Counted from the first letter of the whole stretch, positions 39,290-52,089 are shown. The stretch is 61,786 nt of DNA, filler included, from Sphacelaria rigidula (GCA_964200075.2; 10 parts of 10 records of this genome joined end to end with filler, not necessarily neighbours in it), one strand, 5' to 3'. A program made the numbers and translations. The notes: generated from the letters alone by a model not told the origin.

Positions 39290-39540
39290 AAAGTGAATTA
39301 AAATATTTTCGCGCGACGCGCACGATTATGGCCGAGTGTTCGAAAATCGCCACTCGGCAAAAAATCGAGGACCCACTTGAAATCAGGGGAAGAACTTAAC
39401 ATCGCATGGGACATGTCCTGTATCACTGTGCTACAGCACAAACACCCTCGTGCTCCGCCTCGTGTGCTGTATTGTAGCTGTCCCTGCGCTGTGGTGTCTT
39501 CAGGCCTTTGTGGAGACGTTTTGATCAACGCTGAGACTAC
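39290..39540 (+). mobile_element. Diverged copy of the 33947-34840 family
   Basis: CGATTATG.CCGAG.GTTC, TTGAAATCAG, GCATGGGACATGTC shared. Confidence 0.6.
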
Positions 39541-40755
39541 CTGAGTTGATTTACAGAGCGCGACAGATGTCGAGAAACTTTTATTTGAAGCGAGGCTCGT
39601 CGTCTTATTTTCTCTTCGATCTCAGCAGAAACGCTTGAATTCAAATTCTTATTCGAAGAGGTGCAAAACGCGAAATGGTTGATTTTGAATTTATTTCGCA
39701 CATATGAGTGGGGGGCATCCAAGGTATCCCGTACTCTTATCCTCTGCCAGAAGGGACTGCAGGTACAACAGTACTGTACCGTGCGCCAGCAGTGAGCAGC
39801 AGTACGTGAACGAGTCTTGACGCTTTCGTGAGATTGCGAGTAGAGCATTGATCGAGAGTGGGTTCCATCATGCGCTTTGACTTGACCAGTTTTTCACTCT
39901 GTGTGTGCTTTTCTTTGATTGCAACACTAACGTGTGGTTACAGCTTCAGCTCCACATCCTACTCAGGGATGAATATCAAGGGTTTCTGTGGCAAGCTACT
40001 ACAGGAAGCGTATCGGGCCTCGTGGAGGGTCATTTAGGAACTGAAACGATTTATTAATGAATTGACCGCTCATCACTATCAATAGTAACTCTACTCTCAC
40101 TCTCACGACAACACTGTTCCTTGTTCCGAAAGGGAAAAATCGGAACAAAATATAGCACAGTACTGTACGAGTTTTGTACAGATTGTCATTATTCATGGGG
40201 TGTCCCAGTAGAGATCAATGTTTATCAGTTTAAGAGAAAAGGCAGCTTGCTTCGGGACCTGATGTAGCCGTGGTGGGTGTGGAGGCAGTTTCTCATCATC
40301 CTGAGGTGCAGTGCATTTTCGTGCAGATTCTCACCTGCCGATCCCCTCGCAGTTTCTGATTTCTAGTTCTTATTTTCCCCTTGAGTTCTGCACAACTATC
40401 TTACCCGCAAATTATTTAATAATACAAGAAGAAACCGAGCGTGAGATTCTTGATTACGAAATTATTAACCTATCTCGCGCTCTGTATTGCCATTGCATTC
40501 GACTCGAAAAATACTTTTGTCGACACACAGTGCTGTCACACCGTCGAAACCTTCATGATGCGTTGGCTGTTTCGTCTTGAGTGAGTCAAACGAACAAGGC
40601 GCTTCCCAATCCCATCAGTTCTATGCTGCAGCTGTCGCTGTGCTGTTGTGCATTCAAACACTCTACGATGAACACGGTGGGAGGTGCGCTGAAGAGTGCC
40701 TGAACAGTTGTACTACTGCATGCCGGGTTTCGTTCTGCACATAATTAGGGCGGGT

Positions 40756-40957
40756 GTAATGCTTGACCGCGTGCTTCGTTGGCCACGTTGGAGTTCAAAA
40801 CACCCGGGGACCGATATTTTTCAAGATCGCCCGGGCCAGTCCCTGCAGGGACCGCGCCCCTGATCCTAACCCCAGAGTCACACTAACTCTAAATATAACC
40901 ATAGGGATGTTTAAATTTCGATGCGGTTCCCTAAGCACGCGATCGTCGCATGCATAT
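40756..40957 (+). mobile_element. Diverged copy of the hexamer-containing MITE
   Basis: Homologous to 41486-41685. Confidence 0.7.
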
Positions 40958-41402
40958 CAGTGGGATCAAAGTAAGTGCTGTTCAAACAGAGGTTGAAACA
41001 ATCACTTGACGGCTGTGCAGCTGTCTGTCGCGTCTTCTCTGGTACCTCAGTTATTACAGTCGGGTGCTGTGATCGGGGAAGACACGCAAGACGGGTGTCC
41101 AAAAACGGGGGAGTGCAGTGCAGAAAATATCGGCACATCACCAACACGTGTCGGTATTTTCTCACGTCGTGATGAGACGTCGGCTTCTGCTCACAGGTAG
41201 CCTCAGGGGCACCCGCGGCTTATGTCTCTTCATCGCTGGTTGGGTTCATGATGCCCTCTGCTGCGAACCCCCCTTGCCGCAGATCGGCAGCGGCGCTGTC
41301 GGCGGTTTTCAAGCTCTTCACCCCTGGTGATTCGACCTTTTTAGCCACAGGAATCGTCTTCGACTTAGGTCCAACCTTTGTGATGGCTGTCATGAGAAAG
41401 GT

Positions 41403-41868
41403 GAGTTATGCCGCGATAGCCCCCACCCCCCCAAAAAAATGAAAAAAATAAGTGACTTGTTCGAGGAGGCAATACCTACATACGTGTAATGCGTGGGAGG
41501 ACCGCGTGCTGAGGGGACCGCATCGTAGTTCAAAACACCTGAGGATCAACGCTTTTCAAAACCAATCGGGCCAGTTCCTGCAGGGACCACGCACCTGGCC
41601 TTAACCCTAGCCCTCCTAATCCCAACCATAGGGATGTTTGAATTTCGATGCGGTCCCCTAAGCACGCGGTCCTCCTACGCATTACCATGCGAATCCAACT
41701 GACAAAGGCTGAGCACACCGAGAAGCTGGAAACTCGCACGTTTGGGATAATTTTTGCTAATGTCGCCCACATGAGGCGCTTCATGTAGTCTGAACCCAGC
41801 GATCATGCACCGTATTACCATTTTCTTCGTGATAGTTTTTGGGGGCGGGAGTTATCGCGGTATCACTC
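41403..41868 (-). mobile_element. Sola-like MITE subfamily with GAG...CTC termini
   Basis: TIR GAGTTATGCCGCGATA / TATCGCGGTATCACTC; TSD AGGT (41399-41402, 41869-41872); internal homology to 10702-10949. Confidence 0.75.
41486..41685 (+). mobile_element. MITE with 40-bp TIR and telomere-like hexamers
   Basis: GTAATGCGTGGGAGGACCGCGTGCTGAGGGGACCGCATCG and its near-perfect inverse; internal CCTTAACCCTAGCC. Confidence 0.8.
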
Positions 41869-43222
41869 AGGTCTCGCACTTAACCGATGATCTTCACCTC
41901 CGCGACTCATTTGATGAACCTTTCAAGGTTTCTCATGGCCGAAACTTCAAGAGTAATGAAGTACTTGAGACCTCGCCCGAGCGAAGTAAAGAAACATTGC
42001 CATGTCGTACCAGTGGGTGTGGGTCAAAAGGCCTTTGCCGTAACTCGGCATCGCAAGCCGACTCGCGACGCCCTGCGCAAATGCTCCGCAAGCATCGACT
42101 GCAACCTTTGAAGCTGGGTATGGGCGGCAGTCAGGCGGATCCTCGTCTTCTCCTGCCCGAGGGCCTGCATTTGTATCACGTACAGTCAGCATCCCGGCTC
42201 GAGGACGGAGGTCGTGTGAAGAACGAGTCGTTGAAGCCCACCCTGCGCAGTTGAATTTTGGGTGGTGTTTATGCAGATGACGACTTTTTTTCACCATGTT
42301 GACGATAGTGTACATGTCCTTCACCTCACAACACAACGACAAATAGGCGAACACCCGGGAATTGAGTGACCCTTGAACGAGACAGCTTCGATGTCGCTAC
42401 AAACGAAGCAAGAGTGGGAAGGGATATAGCGTTCGTAACCACGGATGGGGGTGGGGATGGGGAGCTATTCTGAGTATCACTCATGACACCAGGTGTGTTT
42501 TTGTCAACATGCAGCGGCTAGCGTATACTACGTAGTACAAACATACCGGTTCTACTTTGACTTCCAAAACCAGGCAGAACAAGCGAGCAGGACACAGCTA
42601 AGAACCACCCTGGTGGTGAAAAAAATTACGTCTAGCTGTTCACGTGAAACAGTGTAGTAGACAACCTCGCCCCCGCCGCCGATACGACAAGCCATCGTCG
42701 TGCCCATGCTACCAATGGCAATTTGACGTTTAACAACACGTCACCGAAAATACACGACAGCTTCAGCAAAATGAACGACTCCATGCATTGCAACACCCTC
42801 TGTGTTTGGCTCGCGAGGCGAACCGAAATACTTTTAAGTTCCATGAGCAAACATCTTCTCTGGCGCGTCGGGCATCCCCGAGGCGATGCTTACGTAGCAA
42901 ATATGTTGTTTCCCCCATTCTGAGTGGGCATGTGATCCCTCAATTCATCTCCTCCCGGTTGAAAAAGTACTAGACAGGGCGGAAGTTAATCACAACTGTC
43001 TGAACGGCTTTTCATGCTTCTGTCATTCGGATCAACACGGAATGTCACGCAGTTACCGTGTTGAGGCCAGAACGGTGTTCCAAGTCAATATACAACTACT
43101 ACAGCAAGCAGCAAGTGATCAGTTGAAGGAATTCCGCGAACTTTCCATACGTCGGACGAGCACGAGTGTCACTCGTGGCACTCGTGCTCGTTGGGCTGAA
43201 AAAAAAAAAAAAAATCAATAGG

Positions 43223-43322
43223 NNNNNNNNNNNNNNNNNNNNNNNNNNNNNNNNNNNNNNNNNNNNTTAATTAATTAANNNNNNNNNNNNNNNNNNNNNN
43301 NNNNNNNNNNNNNNNNNNNNNN
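43223..43322. other. Artificial contig spacer
   Basis: 44N-TTAATTAATTAA-44N. Confidence 0.99.
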
Positions 43323-43394
43323 GGTTCAAGGTTGTGTCTCTCCCACTTAGGGGGGTGGGGCCAAAAAAAAAAACACAAAGGCAAACAACAACTG

Positions 43395-43426
<32 letters not shown>

Positions 43427-43587
43427 ACCCGTCGAAAACTACCCCCCCCCTGGGCACTGGAAACCCCCGAATGTCTCCGGACTGTCAGCCTGTGAAACTG
43501 TTCCAAGGCGACGCTCGCTGTCCAAGGGTTAGAATGCATTCCCACATGACACACCGTTCGTCGGGACGTTTACACACGTTCATGAAC

Positions 43588-43633
<46 letters not shown>

Positions 43634-43650
43634 ATATATATAAATGTGTG
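43588..43650. repeat. (GT)n(AT)n microsatellite
   Basis: Direct reading. Confidence 0.9.
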
Positions 43651-43925
43651 TAGAGCTATGTAAATAGAATATCCATCTACGTACACGTGTGCAGGCGGAC
43701 TGCGCTTGGCATGTATCTATGTTCTTCATGTGAACCACAAATTCCGTCGAAGTTGTTCTGCGCGGAATATTATAATTCATGATTCAATGGCATGATTCAC
43801 CGTGTTCAATCACACCAAAACCAGGCACAACTTTCATGACGAGCTTATTTTCGATCTTATAAGCTGATACCATGCCGCTGCGTTGGCCGCGTTTGTTGCC
43901 GTCGTGTCCATTTATTTGTCGTATC

Positions 43926-44166
43926 CTCTGTGTGTCTGTCTGTGTTCATCTGTCTGTCTGTCTCTGTCTCTCCGTCTCTGCCTCCGTCTCTGTCTCTGTC
44001 TCTGCCTCTCACTCTCTCCCTCTCTCCCTGCCTTCCTGTTTCTGTTTCTGTCTCTGTCTCTGTCTCTGTCTCTGCCTCTCACTCTCCCCCTGTCTGCCTC
44101 TGCCTTCCTGTCTCTGTCTCTGCCTCTGCCTCTGCCTCTGCCTCTGCCTCTGTCTGTCTATCTCTG
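43926..44166. repeat. (TCTGTC/TCTGCC)n compound microsatellite
   Basis: Direct reading. Confidence 0.9.
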
Positions 44167-44729
44167 GCTTCTTTGTTCATGGCGTCGCAACGGCCTGTGC
44201 GTTTCTGACGGAAACTGGTTGCAGATGGCCGACCCTAGCATTCCGTTAACTGTCTGCGAGTGGGAGGTGCGGACAAAACGTTCATGTATATATGTATAGA
44301 TGTATATATGTATGTTTATATATGTGTGGATTTTGTTTCGTTGTCCCTTGGTTTTGCTCGTGTTTATCTGTTTCTCTTTTTCATCGTTTATGTTCTGTCA
44401 TGCTTTCCTTTTTCTTTTCTTTTCTTTTCTTTTTCACTCCTTTTCCATGTCTAATTTTTGGGGGTATCCAACTGAGTACGTTGTCCTTATTCCAAGCACC
44501 ACTTTTTTTTTGAACGCGCGCGGGCTTTGTGTACTTACTGTATCCGTCTCATTATTTTTTCTTTAACTGGTTCCATCTTCCTCCCCTCGCCCCGTTCCTG
44601 TTATTTTTTTTTTCCACGGGGTCGATTTTCTGTGGGGACTCTGTCTTGGCTGTGATTCACGTACGGGTCGGGGCGGGTGATGTGTATCCCTTAACATCGA
44701 TTGATTTGGTCATGGCCGACAATCTGCAT

Positions 44730-45510
44730 CGCAAAACCGGCCTGCTGTAAAAAATCACGTTATGTCAGAGAAAAAAATAACTCAAGCTGAAAATTTTCGA
44801 GTGAAGGTTCACCAACGGAAGGGCATCTACTATAATTCAGCGACGAAGTAGGTCGCATAACCGGCCTACTGTCAAAAATCACGTTACGTCAGAGAAAAAA
44901 TCGGGCTGAAAAGTTTCGAGTAAAGTTTACTGTAGGGCCTACAGCGAGCATGCAGGTCGCAGAACAGGTCTGCTGTGAAAACTTACAGTTGGTGAGAAGA
45001 AAAATCAACGTGAAAATTCGGGAGGAAAGTCAACCGGAAGGGCTACGGGGAAAAAGTAGGTGGCAGATCCGGCCTGCTGAAAAATCACGTTTTTCGTTTG
45101 AAAACTCAAGCCGAAAAGTTTCGAGACAATTTCTACGATACCCCCCCCCCAAAATAAAATAAAATAAAATAAAAATCCAACGTGTCACAAAAAAATGATC
45201 ATACAGCGCCTGATGCGTGGGTTCAGGCCGTGCATGAAGCGCCTCACATGGGCGATATTGGCGGGATCGAACCCAAAAAAGCGTGGGACTTCCCAGCTGC
45301 TCGCTGTGCTCGGCTTTTCTCATTTCGATTTACGTGAACATTTTGCCTCCCCAAACCAGCCACTTTTTTTGGGGGGGGGTGCTATCGTAGAAAGTGTCTC
45401 GACTGAAGTCAACAGTAGGACTTGCAGCGAAGTGGTGTGTCGCAGGATCGGCCTGCTGTAAAAATTCACGTTTTCTGCAAGAAAAGTCAGGCTGAGCTTC
45501 TTCGAGTGAA
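44730..45510 (+). repeat. Diverged ~100-125 bp tandem array, about five units
   Basis: GGCCTGCTGT-AAAAATCACGTT..TTTCGAGT core near 44738, 44862, 44967, 45070, 45449. Confidence 0.7.
45125..45398 (+). mobile_element. Sola-like MITE, 274 bp
   Basis: TIR GACA.TTTCTACGATA; TSD TCGA (45121-45124, 45399-45402). Confidence 0.85.
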
Positions 45511-46014
45511 GTTATTAGTAGGGTCTGAGGTGAGAAAGTAGGCTTCATCATCTCTTGGCCCTCCGCTAATCCCCATGAGGTTGTTTTATATAATTTGTTC
45601 TCACGTCATCATTTCGGGTGAGCGCTCAGAAATAAGAACTCGAGCCAAGATCCAAGAAGCAGCGTTGCCTTTTCTCGCGGACCGGTTCTGTACCGCACGA
45701 GAGAGAAATCAGTCAAAACATATTCACCTGTTTTGTTCCGATTTTTTTTCATTATTATTATTTATTATTATTTATTATTATTATTTTATTGCTTTATCGT
45801 TAATTTTTTATCATCATTATTATTTTACTTTTTGTTTTTATATATATTTTTTTCCGGTTTGATGCGAAGCGTGGTGGAAAGGGTGTAGCGGTCGATCCAA
45901 ACGCAGTCTAGCACATCTCCACAGACCGTACGGTGAGGTCAATCGAAACTCCAAGCTGCGACATCGCACATACGTTAAACCCATTCGCCATGAGGTCGCC
46001 CTGCGAGTGTTTCG

Positions 46015-46315
46015 GTGCTCCGTCTCGAAAGGGATAGATGGTCAATGATGTGGGACGTGAACGAAGGTGGCACGAGATCGTTTGATGCATCAAACAGTAG
46101 CGAGAGAAGGATTGTTATACTAGGAGATATATGGTGGCCAGAGACGGCGAAACAGGACGGGGATAAGATATGTGAAAGGTTTTGTGTGATATATGGAAGA
46201 AACGTAGTGATCACGTCAATGTCGGAGGTATCTATCAGGAGTGGGAACGGTGCTCCGTCTCGAAAGGGATGCGCGGTCAATGGTCGAACAACTACGGCAG
46301 GTAAGAAATGAGTAC
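46015..46315 (+). repeat. Partial (46015-46047) and full (46250-46315) copies of the 65-bp mini-element
   Basis: GTGCTCCGTCTCGAAAGGGAT in both; full copy followed by a C-tract. Confidence 0.8.
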
Positions 46316-46520
46316 GCCCCCTCCCCCCCCAGTTTCCCATCTATTTACTACGCTTTTAGTATCGCCTGTCAAATTTGTGACCACCGGCTGGAGTTTGTGT
46401 CGGATCGGATGATTCCCGACGACAATCAAGCAATTCCTCGACCATTTCCACCACCATGCACTATCCATAGTATGACGTTTTCCTCTGTGTGTGTTTTGTC
46501 GTGGTTTCCAATGACACTAG

Positions 46521-46643
46521 GAGTGGGGCAACCCGAACGAGGCCAAGTTTTTCGACTACATGCTGTCCTACTCGCCCTACGACAACGTGCGTCGGCAGCC
46601 CTACCCGGCCATGCTCGTCACCGGAGGCCTCAACGACCCTAGG
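46521..46643 (+). CDS. ptrB: Oligopeptidase B (protease II, S9A) exon with the catalytic Asp
   Basis: AG/GTGAG bounded, 123 bp: EWGNPNEAKFFDYMLSYSPYDNVRRQPYPAMLVTGGLNDPR; missed by the ORF track. Confidence 0.93.
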
Positions 46644-48691
46644 GTGAGCGAACCAGGCCAACGAGTATGTGTGTAATGTCTGTGCTGTGTGTGGTGGTGT
46701 GTTATTTTGCTTGTGTACGTGCCCTTTGCGCTGGCGTCCTGTGAACGTTATTCAGTGTTGAGATAAAACTGTATCACAGCGTTTTCATCGCGGCTCAATG
46801 CTTAACGCAAGCGATTCGACACAACAGTGCAGGTATATGACGCATCCATGGCACACACAAACCCTTTGCCGCCATAGACTAGTACAAGTATACTGTTTAT
46901 TTGTTTATTATACGGAGCAAACCACCTGGCGGCGCACCTGGGGGCGAAAAGAAACCCGAAATCGATTTTCTCTCGAATTGCGGCGGTCACGCCGCCGATG
47001 TGGGATTTTCCGTCGCAGTGCGGGGCCTTGTTTTGTAGCGGAAATCGATGTTGGCTCATGTTATCGTTCGGTTGGTTGCGGTAACGACCTAATTGTGATG
47101 GATTTGGCAGGGGGTGTGAAGGAACGGGAGGGGGGAGGGAGAGAGGGGAGGGGAGGGGGTGGCTCAATAGTTGACCTTTCATTCGATGCGCCCTCTGAGC
47201 GCTTGGGTGCGTATGACCCTTCGGCCGCCAGGGTTGGGCCATCTGATTTCTACGTTCAATCTCCAAATGAAAGTGATGCCAATTTGAGCAGGCAATTTTC
47301 CTTGGCAGTCGAAGTGCTCAAGCTTTGATTTGTTCGTTTTAAGCGTTTCTTTCACGCCGTGGACAAAAGAATACACAGCCAAAAAGTGTACTGCGGACAG
47401 TATCGACTATTGCGGCTATTGCAATGGACAATTGGTTCCATACTGTACGCAGTACCTTTTTTTTTACAAGAGAATCTATTGTCCAGGGTGTGGTTTCTTT
47501 AGCGCCTGCGGCCTGCTGCGGCGCACCTGACGATCTCTTGGGCGACAGCGATATTATGGACGAGGAAAACCACAGCAGGACGCTCAGGCGCTAAAAAGAT
47601 TCCGTGCGTTATCTTCCTTAACCGAAACGATCGCAGCGGCCTAACATGGTTGAGCAGTCCAGTTGCGGGGTTTTGTTGCCGTCTAGCTTATTTTCGTGCA
47701 AATATTACGGGACAACAGCGAACAGGATGGCTGCGTCCCGTATACCGTCGTAACCCGGTAGCGTTGCCGTTGATGCTTACAACACAGCGCACCCTGGTGA
47801 TTTAATGGTCTGACTGCCACCTGATACGTCTAGTTTTGGCGTTTCCCCTAAGAAGTATCTGATTTACGTCCTTGAAAGCACGATGGCGTACGTAAGTAGC
47901 AAAACAAAAGAGTTTGTTGGGCTGAGTTTGTTGGACGACGGTCCACGCGATGCGGGAGTGTTGGGTCATGATTCAGTCCGTGGCAGGGAGAGATGGGATT
48001 GATGGATACCTTGAGACGATAAGACCACGGACTCGTCACGAGGAAGAGGAGCAGTTTGACGCAAGAACCGAAAAAAAGAAAAAAAAAACGTGAATGGCTT
48101 TGCTTTGCAGTGGGTGTCAATCATAGATTCGAGCAGTGCCGCGGTTCATCATAATACCATGGAGTTGGTGTACTCATTACTTCTTGAGGTGCGCACACAC
48201 ACCAGCGTGGCAGGCCGGGGAGTGTGGCATATTCTGCTCTCGCTGAAATCGTTTGTGTCAAGGTGACGCAATTGGCGATCGTTACGCATAGTATTTTTTC
48301 CATGTGCTCTTGATTTTGTCTAGTAGTTGGAGTGCTGCCTCCCGTCGTGTACCCCGGGAGATGTCGATGTCAATTCTGTTGTACAGAACGAGATTTGTCC
48401 GTGATTCCCGCTGCTTGTGAGCATGCTTGCTCCACATGAGCTAGCGAGTGGTCGCAGTGACTATCGCACGGCCAGTCGGTCGGCACTGTACCGGTTTTTT
48501 ACTGATTCACAAACACGCTATCATTTTTCATGCTCATACCATTACGCATTATTTTACTGTATTACGCACACACTACTTACTTCTGTACCTCTTTTCAGAA
48601 ATGAGGAAACTTTGTGCGTTATGTTCCATCGCCTCCCTCCCTCCCTCCGCTCTTGTGTTTTTTTTTGTTCTCTCATCTTTGTTTCCCGCAG

Positions 48692-48773
48692 GTGGCGTAC
48701 TGGGAGCCATGTAAATGGGTACAGAAGATCCGCGACATGGCCACCACCGACAACGAGCTGTACCTCAAGCTAG
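48692..48773 (+). CDS. ptrB: Oligopeptidase B next exon
   Basis: Polypyrimidine-CAG acceptor, in phase with the previous exon: VAYWEPCKWVQKIRDMATTDNELYLKL; catalytic His exon not seen in this contig. Confidence 0.93.
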
Positions 48774-49123
48774 GTGAAGAACGGCGAATGTGTAGTTCAT
48801 CATGCATGACGATCTCATTGAAGAAAGCAGAAAGACTCTGGTCACGGAGTGTAATGTCTGAGAAGAGGATACGAGTAAAAAGAAGAGACAGAAAACTCGA
48901 ATTATTTTCAAGATACAAAAGCTCTCCCTGCACCGGTACAACGTGCAGATCACTTTTTTCATTGGAATATTAGGGTGGTTCCTGAAGGGAGACGAGTACT
49001 CCTGGAGGCGTGGAATGATTCTGTTCAGTGGGCATTTGTCGTTGGCAAGAAGCTGTCTCCTTTCCTCCCCCTCTATACTGTAAATGAATGTTGGCTTCTC
49101 ACACAAGCAGTCTGACTGACTGG

Positions 49124-49410
49124 TTCACGGTTCGAACGAATGATTGCCATTTGGAATCACCAACCCCACGATTTTTCAAGCCTGAATGCCCGAAAGAGAG
49201 AAAAAGTTGAACGCTGGTCGAGAAGGTCTCCACGCAATTTTTGCGCCATTCCACGCGCCTGGGCCGCGCGTACCTGGGTTGCAACGCTGAAAACAAAGCC
49301 TAAGGATTGATTCCACGGTTAGGACGAATCCTCACGACCAAGAATCACTAAGTCCACGATTTCTTCGGCCTGATTGCCCGAAAAGGGAGAAAAAAGTTGA
49401 CCGCTGGTCC
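49124..49410 (+). repeat. ~190-bp period repeat at contig end
   Basis: GAATCAC..CCACGATTT..GCCTGA.TGCCCGAAA..AAAAAGTTGA.CGCTGGTC twice. Confidence 0.75.
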
Positions 49411-49510
49411 NNNNNNNNNNNNNNNNNNNNNNNNNNNNNNNNNNNNNNNNNNNNTTAATTAATTAANNNNNNNNNNNNNNNNNNNNNNNNNNNNNNNNNN
49501 NNNNNNNNNN
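49411..49510. other. Artificial contig spacer
   Basis: 44N-TTAATTAATTAA-44N. Confidence 0.99.
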
Positions 49511-52089
49511 GGGTATAAACCGTTTTCCAGTCTGTAGGGCCCCTTGACAGAGTGCATATAAATTAGGTTCTAAACCGCATACCCATGAAATCATGCGGGA
49601 CATATATCAAACACAATCGAAGACGAGGGACCCCACTGCTGTGGAACAAGCAATCTCAACATCCATGATAGCCATTCCTTTCATGCACAATATTATATCC
49701 GCCAAATAATGGGCGTGATCGTGCTGCCTTAGAAACTGTGTATTGGTCCCACATCCACAGACACAACACAGAAAGATCGCGAAGTCTCATGTTGTACTTC
49801 GCATATGCAACACTCGAAGGGATACACCGCTGAGTGTCGGACATGTCAAACTCTCATCCATACCATGACCCTTGGAAGCGAACAGGTATAGTACCCCATG
49901 CCAAGATATTTTCAGCTCGGCCGCATAACAAGGAGGAAAAGATGAAACGACAAATCAATCACGACGACCTCACGTCAAGTGTTGACGTTCGACCGCATCG
50001 TGATTTTCACGACGTCAGTGCGATATACCTTGAAGTAAAAAGCAGCGTTTCACCAAGCCACCCAACGGCACTCACTGTCTGGACCGTCTGGCTTACACGA
50101 TTCAGCTGTTGTACCACATGATACATCCTTGCAGTACATCTCTCGGGACCAAGAACCAAACCGACTCGTGAGAGTTGGAGCAGGTTCACGCAGTGAACCA
50201 GCGGTAGTGGCCATAACATTCTTCATACGTAACTCCCCGCACGGGGACGCGCGCGAGCGTTTCGGGAACGGCGACCCCGTGAAGCCTTGAAACGTAGATT
50301 TTCGGGCCAGCATCATACAGCCAAGGCGGGGGGGGGATCATTCGTGACCATTTTATGGTAAGTGTAACCTATACTTTGCGTACTGTCTGTAGTGTACGTG
50401 CAGTTACTGCAGGACAAGAGAGGACGATGCCACGGAATATCTAGGGTTGCTGGTGTGTACCTATTCATCTCGAATCGAAAAAGCAGCGGTGAAGCTTATC
50501 AGTACCGTTTGTGTGCGCTTGCTGTCCGTGATATACTTCCACAGTCGTACACGATCTTCAGAGGAACGCCGTTTGTGTGTGATCGTGTGCGGTGTGGGGG
50601 TCTGAGTACAAATATCGATACAGCCCTCAGTGAACGGAAGTACCTCACGGGTAAATCGAACGGGGGTTGGGGAAGGGGGGGGGGGGGCAGCAGACTGCAC
50701 ATCAATGCGAATGGGCAGACGGTGCGGTTCGCTGACACGTCCTACACAAGGTCGCCAGTAGCAGCAAGTCCCGACCACAAAAGAACAGAAAAACAAAGGC
50801 CGGTGAGCACATGGCAGGCGGGTACTGCCTCTAGTGGGTGGGCCGGATGTAGCTGTAGATATCCGGACGAATCGAACGATCAAGTACCCCAATGTACCTC
50901 GTGACAGCGGGCAATTATGCTGCTTCTGCATGAGACATTGAGATGGTATTCCATCATGGAGCCCGTGCTACGCAAGGAAATAGTGACCGAAATACATACG
51001 CACATATCGTTCGCGACAGACCTCGAGGAGATACATGGCCGATTGTGTTGGGGTACTTGAGCATATATTCTACAGCTCCTCATGGGGTCATTTTCGTTCC
51101 TTCCGGGCGCAGCCTAAGACAGCGACTGCTGGCAAATCCATCTGGGGTAGTGCTGTTTGCACAAAACGTTACAGCATCGGCTATTGGTGTTGATCCCGCG
51201 GTATCTACTGGGATCATGCATCTTGCTGTCTGCACCAGTGCCTGTGCGCATGGTAAACGGGGGGTTGCTCGATATGGGCCCCACAGCACAAGGATGGCAG
51301 ATGGACAGCGTTCTTCGCGCAATTCTCATCCGATGCGAGTTGTGAGAACAAGTTTACATATACAGAACTCACACTTCGCCGACCATGTTTTTCATCTTGT
51401 CCAGCGATAGCTTGTCCAGCGACAGCTGCCCGAATGTGTCCATGGTTCTCCCTCAATTTCCTTCTGCAGCAGCTCGTCAAACTAGTGGTCTGGACTGGAG
51501 CGTCCAGCCGTTCTCTTTCCCGGTCACGCCTAATAAAAGCCCTCCGCCCAAGCTATTCCGCCCCCACTGTTTCGACTGTCTCTACTCTCTGCACACTTAT
51601 GTACTGATAGGACGGAGTTCCCTCGCACCGCAAGGACACAAAAGTTCTGATAGGTCTTTCGAGAAAAGACCAGGCGGTAGCAATATGATCACGCCAACAA
51701 CTCGGGTTCGTCGATGTAGAGTTGCCGCTCTTTCTTCGCCTCAAGTCTCGACGCGTGTGCGCGCGTTCCACAGTTTGCACGTAGTGCTTGCGACGAACGT
51801 TCAGCAATGCCACATGCAAACGCAAATCACCGTGAAAAAGTGGCGGAATATAACATTCTCCAAAATTCTGCGTACGTCCACAAATAATGACTTTACGAAG
51901 TATCGAGGGGTAGACGATGCTATTTGCATACTTTCGTTTTTGAGTTTTTTTTTGTTTTTCACGAAGGACACGACCACATCGGAGACCACCGCCAACAAAA
52001 AACACCGACACCACCACCATCACAGCTACATATCTTTCTGAACCCCTCGAACAAGGCTACACTTATCGCAGCACTGTGGTCTGTTGCAG

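Larger units (their letters stand above)
41170..42360 (-). pseudogene. Decayed ORF, possibly a hAT-like transposase remnant, interrupted by MITEs
   Basis: Frameshifted pieces HWYDMAMFL / LGRGLKY / KCETFLMTAITKV loosely recall the hAT A.FLDPR.K region; weak. Confidence 0.2.

Noticed and set aside
43872..44299. Cys-Leu, Ser-Val and Leu-Ser repeat ORFs
   Set aside because: Translations of a hexamer microsatellite open in three frames
51385..52041. Longest supplied ORF (218 aa)
   Set aside because: Non-ATG start, no motif, composition looks intronic
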